From NCBI GenBank assembly GCA_947625435.1, contig CANQOI010000004.1, positions 1 to 62,095 on the forward strand: a stretch of DNA of 62,095 nucleotides, read 5' to 3'. The DNA is from an uncultured Clostridia bacterium (lineage in GTDB: Bacteria > Bacillota > Clostridia > UBA1212 > UBA1255). The stretch's first letter is position 1. Each line of letters starts with the position of its first letter. Below, one piece after another: positions 1 through 7,866 of the stretch. The position numbers and the translations under genes are program-made. The notes beneath the pieces were generated by a model, which searched no databases, had not been told where the DNA came from, and saw only the letters and a list, made by a program, of their open reading frames with translations.

Positions 1-52
1 CAGAAAAACGTATAATTATGATAAAAGCAGAAATTAGCTAACTACGGAAAAA

Positions 53-157
53 TCATAGTACTTCGTCGGAAGACGGGTCTCGCTGACCGCTGCTTGAGTA
101 CCGAGCGTATATGACTGCGGGAATCAAGTCGCTCTGAATTTGTTTGTTTGTTTGCAC
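53..157 (-). pseudogene. Possible N-terminal stub of a serine recombinase, truncated after ~34 codons
   Basis: The minus-strand frame reads ..DLIPAVIYARYSSSGQRD.. and then hits a stop. The AVIYARYSSxxQR string matches the catalytic-Ser N-terminal motif of resolvase/large serine recombinases. All three frames close within ~50 nt downstream. A (TTTG)4 tract at 139-154 separates an SD+ATG (168-170) from this frame. Confidence 0.3.
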
Positions 158-400
158 TATATTTCGCCATAATATTTCAGCTCCTATTGTATTTTAAGCT
201 TATTTCCGCTACAATAAGAGCGGCACAGATAAGCTTTGGGTTGTTTGTTTGTTGTCATTGTTCCGCTCAGTGTTGACGCGCTGAGCGGATTTTATTGGAA
301 AAAACTTCCAAGTATATTGACAATCGTCTTACATATAATTATAATGCAAATAAGTTAACTCGTGAAGGGTTATAGCTGGGTTCCCGAATGGGAGTAGGCG

Positions 401-1381
401 CTACCGCTTAGAATTCCTTTGCTCCTGGGGTTGACTTATTTTTTTTAATTTATTTAGAATGTTGTCAGGATCGTGCATGACTTCTCCTACTATTAAGTCG
501 ATAGTGTGTATCGAATATGTATAAGACGGCTGTGAGTATTGTTTGTGAATATAACAATACTTATCATTTTGTTTAATTCCATATTTCTTACAGAACAAAT
601 CAAAATGGTATCTATTTAGTTGAATGTTAATATTTTTGTTTTGCAGTCGCCTGTTTATTTCTTTCAGAGCCGTTTTCATCGTAAATTTATGTGTTTCGTT
701 TGGGTCTTTAATGTCTTTTATTATTTTAACATTTACATCAGAGTTTTTGGTAACATTAACAAATGAAGTCGCAGCATTTTTATCCTTTGTTAAAAAATGT
801 AAATGTTCTATTTTTATAGCAAAAGATTGATTATTTTCTGAAATCAGCGGAGATAATTCATTATTCGTTTGAATGATTTTTTCTGCTATTTCTTCAGGAT
901 ATTTGGCTCTTATTATATTTTCGTCCAGTGCTTTCATGCTAACCGCTAAAGTGAGAAAATTCTGAGGTATTACTTCTGTCATGTCTATTTTATGAAAATC
1001 CTGCATTTTTTCTGCAAAATTAAGGACACAAGCTTGAAACAAAGGAATGTACACCATTTCATATTCCTCTGTAATAAAATGAGTGCTTGTGTTGCGCAAT
1101 TCTATTATTTTCATGAGATTTTTACGTATCGGAGTATTTTCGTTTGTAAAAACAATCTTAATACAATTTTCAAGCGTGATTGTGCGATTAGGATTATCTT
1201 TATAATATATTTTATGTTCATCATATTGATTTATAATATGGGCCTTTAACATTAATTCCCATGCATTACAAATAAAAAAGCTGAAGCCCTCAACACGATA
1301 ACGAATAGTAGGCTTATTATAAATCTCGATCGCCATTACAAAAGCTTCTTTTGATTTTTCTAATAATTTTTCAGTAATCAT
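401..1381 (-). CDS. DUF3644-family protein (function unknown; mobile-element/defence context)
   Basis: 326-aa ORF in an AT-rich block. The N-terminus, KSKEAFVMAIEIYNKPTIRYRVEGFSFFICNAWELMLKAHII, is the signature I associate with DUF3644 proteins. Confidence 0.6.
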   Translation of the reverse strand: MITEKLLEKSKEAFVMAIEIYNKPTIRYRVEGFSFFICNAWELMLKAHIINQYDEHKIYYKDNPNRTITLENCIKIVFTNENTPIRKNLMKIIELRNTSTHFITEEYEMVYIPLFQACVLNFAEKMQDFHKIDMTEVIPQNFLTLAVSMKALDENIIRAKYPEEIAEKIIQTNNELSPLISENNQSFAIKIEHLHFLTKDKNAATSFVNVTKNSDVNVKIIKDIKDPNETHKFTMKTALKEINRRLQNKNINIQLNRYHFDLFCKKYGIKQNDKYCYIHKQYSQPSYTYSIHTIDLIVGEVMHDPDNILNKLKKISQPQEQRNSKR

Positions 1382-1461
1382 ATTGACCTCTCAATTTTTA
1401 GAATGTTCGGTATAGGCGCGCCGGGCAGTATCTTTTGATTTGAATACGAGCCTATTCTTTC

Positions 1462-1503
1462 TCATTCCTCTCGGCGTTGTTTAATTCTTGTTCCAATGCT
1501 CAT
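1462..1503 (-). pseudogene. 13-codon remnant (MSIGTRIKQRREE*) of a second XRE-repressor gene
   Basis: The first 29 nt are identical to the 5' end of the repressor gene at 2251-2279, and similarity extends to ~42 nt. Its ATG overlaps the TGA stop of the repressor (ATGA). Confidence 0.6.
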
Positions 1504-2279
1504 AATATTACTTCTGCTTTCCCCAATACTTTTCCGTAGCACGATACGCTTTCTTTATCATGTATTATAATCGGTGTATAGTTCTTGTTTTCTGATATTA
1601 AACAGTTTTTGCCGAGCCTTTTGATAAATGTCTCGCCATCCTTTACAAAGATTCCGATCTCATCTATTTGTATTTTTGGCAAAGATTTTACAAGCACAAT
1701 GTCTCCGTCCTGATAGAGCGGTTCCATGCTGTTTCCGGATACCTTGATTACAAAATCTGCTTTACGTGCAGCTTCTGTATCTTTTACTGACAATGTTTCT
1801 TCGACTGTATCGAATAAAAAAGAGCCGGTTCCGGCCGAAGCTGTATTTAAGTAATGCTTCAGAGTAATAAAATCGCACGAATCTTCACATACTTCAGTAT
1901 TGTTATCTTCTGTGATAGAAGGCAAATTCTTTTTGATACGATATTCCGGAACATAGATAAGTTCTTTAATACGTTTTTGGGCCTCGGACTTACCAAGATC
2001 ATTGAGTTTGTTATAATGTTCTGAGATAGTCCTAAGTTCTGCAGATATTTCAGCATCTGCTTTTTCTTCAGAATTTTGAGGCAAAACATCCTGATATAGA
2101 TAATTTGCAGAACATTTCAACACATCAAAAAGCCTTACTAAGTATGTTTCATTAGGAGAACTAACATCGGTCTCATAGTTTCCGATAGTTCCTTTCGATA
2201 CACCTATTAATGCAGCCAATTCTATTTGAGTATATCCTAATTCTTCCCGACGTTGTTTAATTCTTGTTCCAATGCTCAT
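1500..2279 (-). CDS. CI/LexA-like phage repressor: XRE-family HTH fused to an S24 peptidase domain
   Basis: The N-terminus RIKQRREELGYTQIELAALIGVSKGTIGNYE is an HTH_3 motif. The C-terminus VSGNSMEPLYQDGDIVLV...FIKRL is S24 (Ser-Lys) autopeptidase-like. It lies divergent from a small cro-like HTH. Confidence 0.85.
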   Translation of the reverse strand: MSIGTRIKQRREELGYTQIELAALIGVSKGTIGNYETDVSSPNETYLVRLFDVLKCSANYLYQDVLPQNSEEKADAEISAELRTISEHYNKLNDLGKSEAQKRIKELIYVPEYRIKKNLPSITEDNNTEVCEDSCDFITLKHYLNTASAGTGSFLFDTVEETLSVKDTEAARKADFVIKVSGNSMEPLYQDGDIVLVKSLPKIQIDEIGIFVKDGETFIKRLGKNCLISENKNYTPIIIHDKESVSCYGKVLGKAEVIL

Positions 2280-2430
2280 GGCACACCCTCCTGTCTTGAT
2301 ATCATAACATGTTTTTTAAAAATATCAAGAATAAATTCTCAAGAAAATTGAAAAAAGTTATTAATATCTCAAAATTATCGAGATATTATATTTTTGTCTC
2401 AAGAAATTTGAGACGTTGGGAGGTGTAATA

Positions 2431-2607
2431 ATGATAGATGTGGCAAGGAATGCAAGAACTATCCTTAAAGATCGCGGATTAAAACAAAGTTACATAGCAA
2501 AAAAAGCGGGTTATACAGTCGCGCAATTTAGCGGTTTGTTATGCGGCAGAAAAACCATTAAAGCTAATGACATAACCCGTTTATGCATTGCACTCGATGT
2601 AATATGA
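2431..2607 (+). CDS. Small XRE-family HTH protein (cro-like), possibly C-terminally truncated
   Basis: GGGAGGTG SD, then ATG at 2431. The product is MIDVARNARTILKDRGLKQSYIAKKAGYTVAQFSGLL.. It is divergent from the CI-like repressor and ends ..LCIALDVI* inside the ATGA junction with the lysin gene. Confidence 0.65.
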   Translation: MIDVARNARTILKDRGLKQSYIAKKAGYTVAQFSGLLCGRKTIKANDITRLCIALDVI

Positions 2608-3431
2608 TGAGAAACGATGTCCTTGTAGACAAGGCGTTGGACGTAGCAAAGAGCTTTAAAACTGTATACGCAAACGGCTTTATCGGTTCACCGCTCACAA
2701 ATGACAACATAGCGTCAAAAGCAAAGCAGCTTCCGAACTGGTATACAGCCGAAAGGATAGCAAAGCTTAAAAGCTTGGTGGGCAAAGGTTATTTCGGATT
2801 TGACTGCGTGTGCTTTGTAAAATCCCTATTATGGGGATGGAGCGGGAACGCCTCCGCGACATACGGCGGCGCCAAATACGAGTCAAACGGCGTGCCCGAT
2901 ATAGGCGAAAATGAGATGATGAACAGGTGCAAAAACGTCAGCACGGATTTTAAGAACATACTCCCTGGCGAATTTTTGTGGATAAACGGGCACTGCGGAA
3001 TATACGTCGGAAATGGTCAGGCGGTTGAATGCACGACAAAGTGGGACAGCTGTGTTCAGATCACGGCGGTGGAGAACATCGGAAAGAAAAGCGGTTACAA
3101 CTCCCGCACGTGGACAAAGCACGGGCAGCTGCCCTATGTTGAATATCAGCAGCAGACAGCGGCTGCAGCACAGCCTACAAGCGCCCAACCGACCGCAAGC
3201 GGGAAAGAAGTAAGCATTTCCCTTTTAACGCTAAGGAAGGGAGAGAATCGCCTAAACCCGCAGATATACACTGCACAGAGACTGTTGAAAGCACTCGGAT
3301 ATTATACGATAGCAATTGACGGCGCTTTTGGTCCGGGAATGGAGACAGCTGTAATGAATTTCCAACGCGCTAAAAAGCTTCCGGCAGACGGCGTGATCGG
3401 CAAAGACACGTGGACAGCCCTGCTTAAGTAA
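2604..3431 (+). CDS. Cell-wall hydrolase/endolysin: NlpC/P60-like catalytic domain plus C-terminal peptidoglycan-binding domain (PG_binding_1)
   Basis: Contains FDCVCFVKSLLWG (catalytic Cys context) and GHCGIYVG (His). The C-terminal LLKALGYYTIAIDGAFGPGMETAVMNFQRAKKLPADGVIGKDTWTALLK is a typical PG-binding repeat. The start is taken at the in-frame ATG 2604 overlapping the cro stop. Confidence 0.75.
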   Translation: MMRNDVLVDKALDVAKSFKTVYANGFIGSPLTNDNIASKAKQLPNWYTAERIAKLKSLVGKGYFGFDCVCFVKSLLWGWSGNASATYGGAKYESNGVPDIGENEMMNRCKNVSTDFKNILPGEFLWINGHCGIYVGNGQAVECTTKWDSCVQITAVENIGKKSGYNSRTWTKHGQLPYVEYQQQTAAAAQPTSAQPTASGKEVSISLLTLRKGENRLNPQIYTAQRLLKALGYYTIAIDGAFGPGMETAVMNFQRAKKLPADGVIGKDTWTALLK

Positions 3432-3560
3432 TTAAATTTTTGTAAGCTATTGTTTTTTTGCTCTTATTCGCATATAATATCAGCACAGGCATGTAACATG
3501 TGCTGTATACTCGTGCCAACGAATTAGCGTTTAAGCGTCATGTAATGGCGCCGTCCACGA

Positions 3561-3594
3561 GGGGCCGCTTAAAATGCGGCCTTTAATTTTTTTT
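3561..3594 (+). terminator. Rho-independent terminator after the endolysin
   Basis: GGCCGC (3563-3568) pairs with GCGGCC (3576-3581), followed by TTTAATTTTTTTT. Confidence 0.6.
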
Positions 3595-3606
3595 AAGAGG
3601 GTACAC

Positions 3607-4293
3607 ATGAATTTATACATATATTCAGACGAATCAGGTGTTTTTGATAAAATCCATAATGACATATTTGTATTTGGAGGATTGATTTTCTTTAGTGACG
3701 AAGAAAGAAACGAATGCGCGCGAAAATATAAAGTGGCAGAAAATTATGTCAGAAGAAATGAATCAATAAGTGCAGAAACTGAAGTTAAAGCGGCAACTAT
3801 AAGTAATAAATCCAAAGATAGTTTATTTAGAGCCTTAAATAAATATTACAAGTTTGGTGTTAAAATTAAACAACAATTAGTAATTGATAATATTTTTAAA
3901 AGTAAAAAGGACAAGCAAAGATATCTCGATTATGCATACAAAATTGCTGTTAAAAAAGCATTGGTTGCAAAAATAAATTCAAAAGAAATAGATTGTAGCA
4001 GGGTCAAAAATATTAGTTTTTTTATTGATTCGCATTCTACAGCGACTAATGGGGTATACGAATTAAAAGAATCCTTGGAGCAAGAGTTCAAAAGAGGCAT
4101 GTATTCTAGTAATTACAAAACATATTATCCTCCTATTTTCCCTTACTTACAAAACGTGCATTTATCATTTTGTGACTCAAAAGAAAAAATGTTGATAAGA
4201 TGTGCGGACATCGTATCAAATAAAGTGTACTACAGTGCGGTAAAAAACAAAATAATAACTAATGATAACATCCATGTTATAAAGTTGCCATGA
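3607..4293 (+). CDS. DUF3800-family protein (moron-like cassette)
   Basis: The N-terminus MNLYIYSDESGVF..FVFGGLIF is the characteristic DUF3800 start. The region is very AT-rich. The start is placed at ATG 3607, after the terminator and an AAGAGGG SD, rather than at the track start 3574. Confidence 0.6.
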   Translation: MNLYIYSDESGVFDKIHNDIFVFGGLIFFSDEERNECARKYKVAENYVRRNESISAETEVKAATISNKSKDSLFRALNKYYKFGVKIKQQLVIDNIFKSKKDKQRYLDYAYKIAVKKALVAKINSKEIDCSRVKNISFFIDSHSTATNGVYELKESLEQEFKRGMYSSNYKTYYPPIFPYLQNVHLSFCDSKEKMLIRCADIVSNKVYYSAVKNKIITNDNIHVIKLP

Positions 4294-4305
4294 TAGATAA
4301 ATACT

Positions 4306-4341
4306 ATTGATAAAGACACATGGACGGCATTACTTAAGTAA
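4306..4341 (+). pseudogene. C-terminal remnant (IDKDTWTALLK*) of a second endolysin gene
   Basis: A 31-nt match with 5 mismatches to the 3' end of the lysin gene (3401-3431). It encodes the same DTWTALLK* ending. Confidence 0.6.
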
Positions 4342-4352
4342 TGACATTTATT

Positions 4353-4460
4353 GTGCAAATTACCCGCAAGTTAAAAATCGACGAAATTACGAAATTTTGC
4401 CGATTTTAACTAAAAAAATAGGTATAGACCATTCGCTGTGCAAGTTACCCGCAAATTAAA
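4353..4460 (+). repeat. Pair of 23-nt direct repeats (GTGCAAATTACCCGCAAGTTAAA and GTGCAAGTTACCCGCAAATTAAA)
   Basis: Copies lie at 4353-4375 and 4438-4460 and match at 21/23 positions. They sit at the element end next to the tRNA terminator and may be recombinase arm sites or an att-region remnant. Confidence 0.5.
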
Positions 4461-4499
4461 TAAAAATAAAAGAGACTATTTGACGTGAAATAGTCTCTT
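4457..4499 (-). terminator. Rho-independent terminator downstream of tRNA-Glu
   Basis: A perfect 11-bp stem (4470-4480 with 4489-4499). On the minus strand it is followed by TTTATTTTTATTT. Confidence 0.7.
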
Positions 4500-4584
4500 C
4501 CCGCAATCAGAATCTCACTACAACTGCAATAGCTTTTTCAAAAATATAAAGCGTATACTCTTGTGAGTTCGTATTTGCGCCGTG

Positions 4585-4659
4585 TGGTGACTCCTACGGG
4601 AATCGAACCCGTGTTTCCGCCGTGAGAGGGCGGTGTCTTAGCCGCTTGACCAAGGAGCC
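4585..4659 (-). tRNA. tRNA-Glu (anticodon CUC)
   Basis: The reverse complement is GGCTCCTTGGTCAAGCGGCTAAGACACCGCCCTCTCACGGCGGAAACACGGGTTCGATTCCCGTAGGAGTCACCA. The cloverleaf folds, the anticodon loop is CT-CTC-AC, a GGTTCGATTCC T-arm is present, and CCA is encoded. Confidence 0.9.
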
Positions 4660-4738
4660 GCAAGCACTTCCGTATGATACAACAAGTTATGAATGCTTGT
4701 CAATAAAAATTTATTTATGCCCGTACATTAATTTCACA

Positions 4739-4767
4739 TCATAAACCCGAACATGCCGTCATACACA
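4739..4767 (+). promoter_or_regulatory. Putative sigma-E-type (mother-cell) promoter of the spoIIIA operon
   Basis: TCATAAA-N14-CATACACA lies ~35 nt upstream of spoIIIAA. It resembles the Bacillus sigma-E consensus (ATA-containing -35, CATACA-T -10). Confidence 0.4.
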
Positions 4768-4801
4768 TACAACAAAAGAACACGCAAAGGGAGCGGATGG
4801 C

Positions 4802-5770
4802 ATGGACATAAAACAATTTCAGACCGAAATAGCGGACAGGTTGGGCGGCACACAGGCCGCATTATCACTGAACACGGCGTTTTCATACGCGGGCGCGCTT
4901 CTTTCGTCTGCCGGGGAGATACGTATAAGGACAGGCCTGCCGCTGTGCGTGATAGGGAGCAGGCGCAAAGAAAGGTACTTTATATCGGGAAGCGGCAGGA
5001 TAGTCACATCCGGCAGCGCGTACAGGCCGTCTAAGGAGGAAATAGCGAGGATATTTGCCTGTATATGCAGAAGCTCGCTGTACGCATACAGGGAAGACAT
5101 AAAAAACGGCTTCATAACGCTGAAGGGCGGCCACAGAGTCGGCATAGCGGGTAAAATGCTCTCCGACGGCTCCGTATACGAGGTTTCGAGCCTTAACATA
5201 AGGATAGCAAGGCAGGTGCGCGGATGCGCGGGCGAGATTGTAGAGCATATAATCAAAAACAGCAGTGAAATATACAGCACACTCATAATATCGCCTCCGG
5301 CGTGCGGCAAAACAACAGTTATAAGAGATATCGCGAGGATACTGGGAAGCGGGAACAGAGCGCCCCATTTTACCGGTGCGAACGTGGGCATAATAGACGA
5401 AAGGTCGGAGATCGCCGCATGCTATAACGGCGAAGCATCAAACGACGTGGGACTCATGACGGACGTATACGACGCGTGCCCTAAGGAAAAGGGGATACTC
5501 ATGATGATACGCAGCATGGCGCCCGACATAATAATAACAGATGAGATAGGCGGCCCGGGGGATGCGGCGGCGGTAAAATCCGCGGTGAACGCGGGAGTCA
5601 AGCTTATAGCGACGGCACACGGCAGCAGCGTTTCCGATCTGAAGGTGAGGAGCGAGATAGCCGATATGATACGCTCGGGTGTGTTTGAAAAATACATAAC
5701 GCTGAGCGCCGCAAACGGACCCTGCACGATAGAAGAAGTGGTGAGCGGCACACCGGAGGATATTTTATGA
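4802..5770 (+). CDS. spoIIIAA: Stage III sporulation protein AA (ATPase)
   Basis: Walker A ISPPACGKTT and Walker B IIITDEIG. It is the first gene of an eight-gene spoIIIA-ordered operon. Confidence 0.9.
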   Translation: MDIKQFQTEIADRLGGTQAALSLNTAFSYAGALLSSAGEIRIRTGLPLCVIGSRRKERYFISGSGRIVTSGSAYRPSKEEIARIFACICRSSLYAYREDIKNGFITLKGGHRVGIAGKMLSDGSVYEVSSLNIRIARQVRGCAGEIVEHIIKNSSEIYSTLIISPPACGKTTVIRDIARILGSGNRAPHFTGANVGIIDERSEIAACYNGEASNDVGLMTDVYDACPKEKGILMMIRSMAPDIIITDEIGGPGDAAAVKSAVNAGVKLIATAHGSSVSDLKVRSEIADMIRSGVFEKYITLSAANGPCTIEEVVSGTPEDIL

Positions 5771-6303
5771 TAGGACTTACGATCAAGATGATAGGAGCGC
5801 TGCTCATAATATCCGGCGGAGCCATGACGGGCATGAAAATAAAAAGATATTATATAAAAAGGCGTGAAATGCTTAAGAAGATGCAGGATGCTCTGAGATA
5901 TGCGGATGACGCGATAAGCATAGAAAACGCACTCCTTGACGAGGTGCTCATATCCTGCGGAGAGAAATTCTTCGGGGGCAGCAGGGAGGAGGATGTATTC
6001 GGCAGAGCCGCCGCATATCTGAAGGAAGAATTCGGAAGCTTCGAACGCGCGTGGGACAGAGCGTGCGCGGAGCTCGAAGAAAAATGCGTGTATCTTAAGA
6101 AAGCCGACATAGAATGCATTTCGGGTATAGGAAAAGCACTGGGGCATTCCGACACCGACAGACAGTCGGCATATGTGGCATCCGCAGTCAAAAAGCTCGC
6201 GGCACTGGAGGAGCAGGCGTCCGAAGCCGAGTCGCGGGAGGGCAGGAACGCCGTTAAAATAGCGCTCGCCGTGTCTGCCGCGGTCATAATAATACTTTTC
6301 TGA
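5767..6303 (+). CDS. spoIIIAB: Stage III sporulation protein AB
   Basis: 178 aa with an N-terminal TM segment. Its position and size fit the spoIIIA operon, and it overlaps AA by 4 nt. Confidence 0.8.
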   Translation: MIGLTIKMIGALLIISGGAMTGMKIKRYYIKRREMLKKMQDALRYADDAISIENALLDEVLISCGEKFFGGSREEDVFGRAAAYLKEEFGSFERAWDRACAELEEKCVYLKKADIECISGIGKALGHSDTDRQSAYVASAVKKLAALEEQASEAESREGRNAVKIALAVSAAVIIILF

Positions 6304-6355
6304 GACCGCAAGAATCCATGAGACCGCATGTCTTGACAGTATCCGGAGGACTGAG

Positions 6356-6547
6356 ATGAATATAGATCTTATATTTAAAATAGCCGGGATAGGTATCATT
6401 GTCGCGGTACTGAATCCCATACTTACAAAGGCGGGGCGCGACGAACAGGCAACCCTCGTCACCGTGGCCGGGCTGATAATAGCGATGCTCGTGATAGCAG
6501 GCGAGATACGCGATCTGTTCGGCACTCTCAGATCTCTTTTCGGTTGA
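6356..6547 (+). CDS. spoIIIAC: Stage III sporulation protein AC
   Basis: 63-aa two-TM protein, IFKIAGIGIIVAVLNPILTKAGRDEQATLVTVAGLI, typical of SpoIIIAC. Confidence 0.9.
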   Translation: MNIDLIFKIAGIGIIVAVLNPILTKAGRDEQATLVTVAGLIIAMLVIAGEIRDLFGTLRSLFG

Positions 6548-6554
6548 TCGTAAA

Positions 6555-6947
6555 ATGGAACAGCTGATCAGGATCTCCGCTGCGGGCGTGGCCGCGGCGA
6601 TACTCATAATGCTGCTAAGAGGCTTAAAGAGCGAGCTGGCGGCGGCGCTCACGGTGTGCGCCTCGGTACTGATGCTGGGCGCCGTCGCCGCAACGGTCGC
6701 GGACGCATCTGGCGCCGTTGCGGACCTGTTTTCAAAAGCAGGCCTCGGTTCTGAGCAGACAGCCGGGCTTTTAAAAATAATAGGCGCCGCTTACACGGCG
6801 GAATTCGCATCGTCGATATGCAGGGACATGGGTGAAACGTCGGTCGCCTCCAAAATAGAACTGGCGGGGAGAATATACATAGTGCTCACTGCGGTGCCCT
6901 GGGCCGTCACGCTCGTGAGCGCGGTAAAAGAACTGGGGATGCAGTAA
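6555..6947 (+). CDS. spoIIIAD: Stage III sporulation protein AD
   Basis: 130-aa membrane protein carrying the KIIGAAYTAEFASSICRDMGE..KIELAGRI motif. Confidence 0.9.
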   Translation: MEQLIRISAAGVAAAILIMLLRGLKSELAAALTVCASVLMLGAVAATVADASGAVADLFSKAGLGSEQTAGLLKIIGAAYTAEFASSICRDMGETSVASKIELAGRIYIVLTAVPWAVTLVSAVKELGMQ

Positions 6948-7865
6948 ATGGATATGAGCGGAAGTGAGATAATTTCGGGGATACTCCGCGAGATAGGCGC
7001 GGGGCTGGGCGAAAACGCGGAAATACTCATCTTTATAGTGAGCTGCGCGTACCTGAGCGCCGTATTTACGGGCGTCGTGCCCGAGCAGAGCAGTCTCAGG
7101 GACTGCCTTGCATTTGCCGTGATATGCCTCATATCCGTGCCGGTGATAGGCAAGATATCCGAAACGGCGGCCGGCGCGGGTGAAACGATAGGTGAGATCA
7201 GGACGATCATGATAGGCTCGGTACCGGGACTCTGCGCATACAACATGAGCGGCGCGGCATCGGGCTCTGTTCTGTTCATAACACTCACGCAGCTTGCGGG
7301 AGCACTGCTCTCGGGCGTATTCCTGCCTCTTGCGCTCATTTATTCGGCCGCCGGCATATGCGGCTCCGTAACTGAAAGATTCAGCCTTGAAGGCGTGAAA
7401 GGAACAGTGCGCTTTGTTTTTACATGGGGTCTGGGTATCATGATGACAGCCTTTTCATGCATAGCGGCGCTCTCGGGAGCGCTCTCCGGCGCAAAGGCGG
7501 GCATGGCGGGGCGCACTTTAAAATACACAGGCGCCATGGTGCCCGTCGTGGGCAGATATCTTGCGGAGAGCGCCGACATGGTATTTGCGGGCGCGGCGGT
7601 GCTGAGGAGCACCGCCGGTCTGGCGGCGGCTGCTGCCATAATAACGGCCGCCGCCGTGCCCTGCATCAGAATGGCGGCGAACATCATCATATTCAGACTC
7701 GCCGCCATACTGATACGCCCTGTTTCCGATGACCGTATCACAAGAATGGTAAACAGCGCGGGGGACGCTTTCTCCATGATAACGGGAGTCACGGTGCTCA
7801 TGAGCGTAATGTGCGTCCTCAATATATCGGTCATCATGACACTTATGAAGGGAGGCGTTCAGTAA
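6948..7865 (+). CDS. spoIIIAE: Stage III sporulation protein AE (short form)
   Basis: Polytopic membrane protein in the fifth operon position. At 305 aa it is shorter than the Bacillus protein as I recall it. Confidence 0.75.
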   Translation: MDMSGSEIISGILREIGAGLGENAEILIFIVSCAYLSAVFTGVVPEQSSLRDCLAFAVICLISVPVIGKISETAAGAGETIGEIRTIMIGSVPGLCAYNMSGAASGSVLFITLTQLAGALLSGVFLPLALIYSAAGICGSVTERFSLEGVKGTVRFVFTWGLGIMMTAFSCIAALSGALSGAKAGMAGRTLKYTGAMVPVVGRYLAESADMVFAGAAVLRSTAGLAAAAAIITAAAVPCIRMAANIIIFRLAAILIRPVSDDRITRMVNSAGDAFSMITGVTVLMSVMCVLNISVIMTLMKGGVQ

Positions 7866-7866
7866 A

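Noticed and set aside
139-154. (TTTG)4 tract (and the similar TTGTTTGTTTGTT at 241-253), considered as a phase-variation switch
   Set aside because: Four units is too short for appreciable slippage, and the downstream recombinase frame is truncated anyway.
4753-5034. 93-aa plus-strand ORF overlapping the spoIIIAA start
   Set aside because: It is out of frame with spoIIIAA, has no family signature, and its Arg/Gly-rich translation looks like an alternative-frame artefact.
5422-6525. 367-aa minus-strand ORF, together with many other long antisense ORFs in the track (for example 47583-48578, 45442-46293, 60296-61228, 24082-24672 and 55327-56088)
   Set aside because: They lie entirely antisense to genes with strong family signatures (spoIIIA, TIM isomerase, thiI, PAP2/thioesterase, aldolase, GH94). 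Their translations are Arg/Ser/Pro-rich low-complexity sequence, typical of shadow ORFs in GC-rich coding DNA.
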